Origin: a virus
Lineage: Duplodnaviria > Heunggongvirae > Uroviricota > Caudoviricetes
Strand: one strand, 5' to 3'
DNA length: 36,147 nucleotides
IMG/VR virus record: IMGVR_UViG_2623620505_000004
Location: 1-36,147 of that record
Below, piece by piece: positions 35,877-36,147 of this stretch (the stretch's first letter is position 1; every line of letters starts with the position of its first letter). A program made the position numbers and the translations under genes. The notes under the pieces are model-generated. The model saw only the letters and a list, made by a program, of their open reading frames with translations, did not search any database and was not told where the DNA came from.

Positions 35877-36140
35877 ATGGTCGGAGGGAATACCCGAAGG
35901 CCAGATGTGGAAAGGCCCCGGAAAACATCTCTGTTTAACCGAGGCCCTAACCGCATTACCTTGACAAGTGAAAGGTTAGCGCCTCTCCGGAAAAGGAGCA
36001 AGTGCTATGTCGCAAAAATCGCTTACGGCCATCACGTTCTGCGTGACGGCAATCCTCATCATCTGGATGTTGCACGGTTCGCTGTGCGAAATACGGATGA
36101 GCTTCTGGGGAGCGGAGTTTGCGGCGTTCTTACAGTGTAA
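35877..36140 (+). CDS. Possible mok-like overlapping frame of the hok locus
   Basis: 87-aa ORF overlapping the hok frame and ending 7 nt before the hok stop, the arrangement of mok in hok/sok loci. No sequence signature. Confidence 0.3.
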   Translation: MVGGNTRRPDVERPRKTSLFNRGPNRITLTSERLAPLRKRSKCYVAKIAYGHHVLRDGNPHHLDVARFAVRNTDELLGSGVCGVLTV

Positions 36141-36147
36141 GCAGTAA
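36007..36147 (+). CDS. Hok/Gef-family type I toxin peptide
   Basis: 46-aa ORF MSQKSLTAITFCVTAILIIWMLHGSLCEIRMSFWGAEFAAFLQCKQ: one TM helix, then the family motif SLCE and AAF near the C-terminus; preceded by a GC-rich structured leader and AAGGAG. Stop codon is the last triplet of the window. Confidence 0.7.
   Translation: MSQKSLTAITFCVTAILIIWMLHGSLCEIRMSFWGAEFAAFLQCKQ

Noticed and set aside
1-36147. CRISPR arrays, tRNA or rRNA genes
   Set aside because: No regularly spaced direct repeats with unique spacers and no tRNA-like or rRNA-like segment seen by eye; the only tandem repeats are the in-frame gpH repeat and short operator-like motifs.

Overview
The window is almost entirely one P2-like (Peduovirus-type) temperate prophage of an enterobacterial host, read from the integrase end to the ogr end. 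Called by reading the six-frame translations against remembered P2 proteins and motifs; no database search was run. Order: AT-rich cargo ORF, tyrosine integrase, C repressor, Cox, small early ORFs, rolling-circle initiator gpA, a ParM/ParR partition pair, an AT-rich two-gene ATPase + TOPRIM island at the P2 tin/old position, a cos-region candidate, then portal Q and terminase P (minus), capsid genes O-N-M-L, lysis cassette, tail completion R/S, baseplate V-W-J-I, tail fiber H and Tfa, an invertible alternative fiber/Tfa cassette with a Gin-family invertase, the sheath-tube-chaperone-tape measure-gpU block (all on the minus strand, inverted relative to canonical P2), gpD, a second AT-rich island with a 712-aa Rad50/ABC-type ATPase, and ogr. 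A hok/mok-like toxin locus sits at the right edge. The best candidates for an undescribed system are the ATPase + TOPRIM pair (8671-10391) and the 712-aa ATPase (33040-35178); both are architecture-based hypotheses. Several ORF-track starts are TTG/GTG, so starts were re-assigned where an ATG with a Shine-Dalgarno was visible. att core sites could not be identified.
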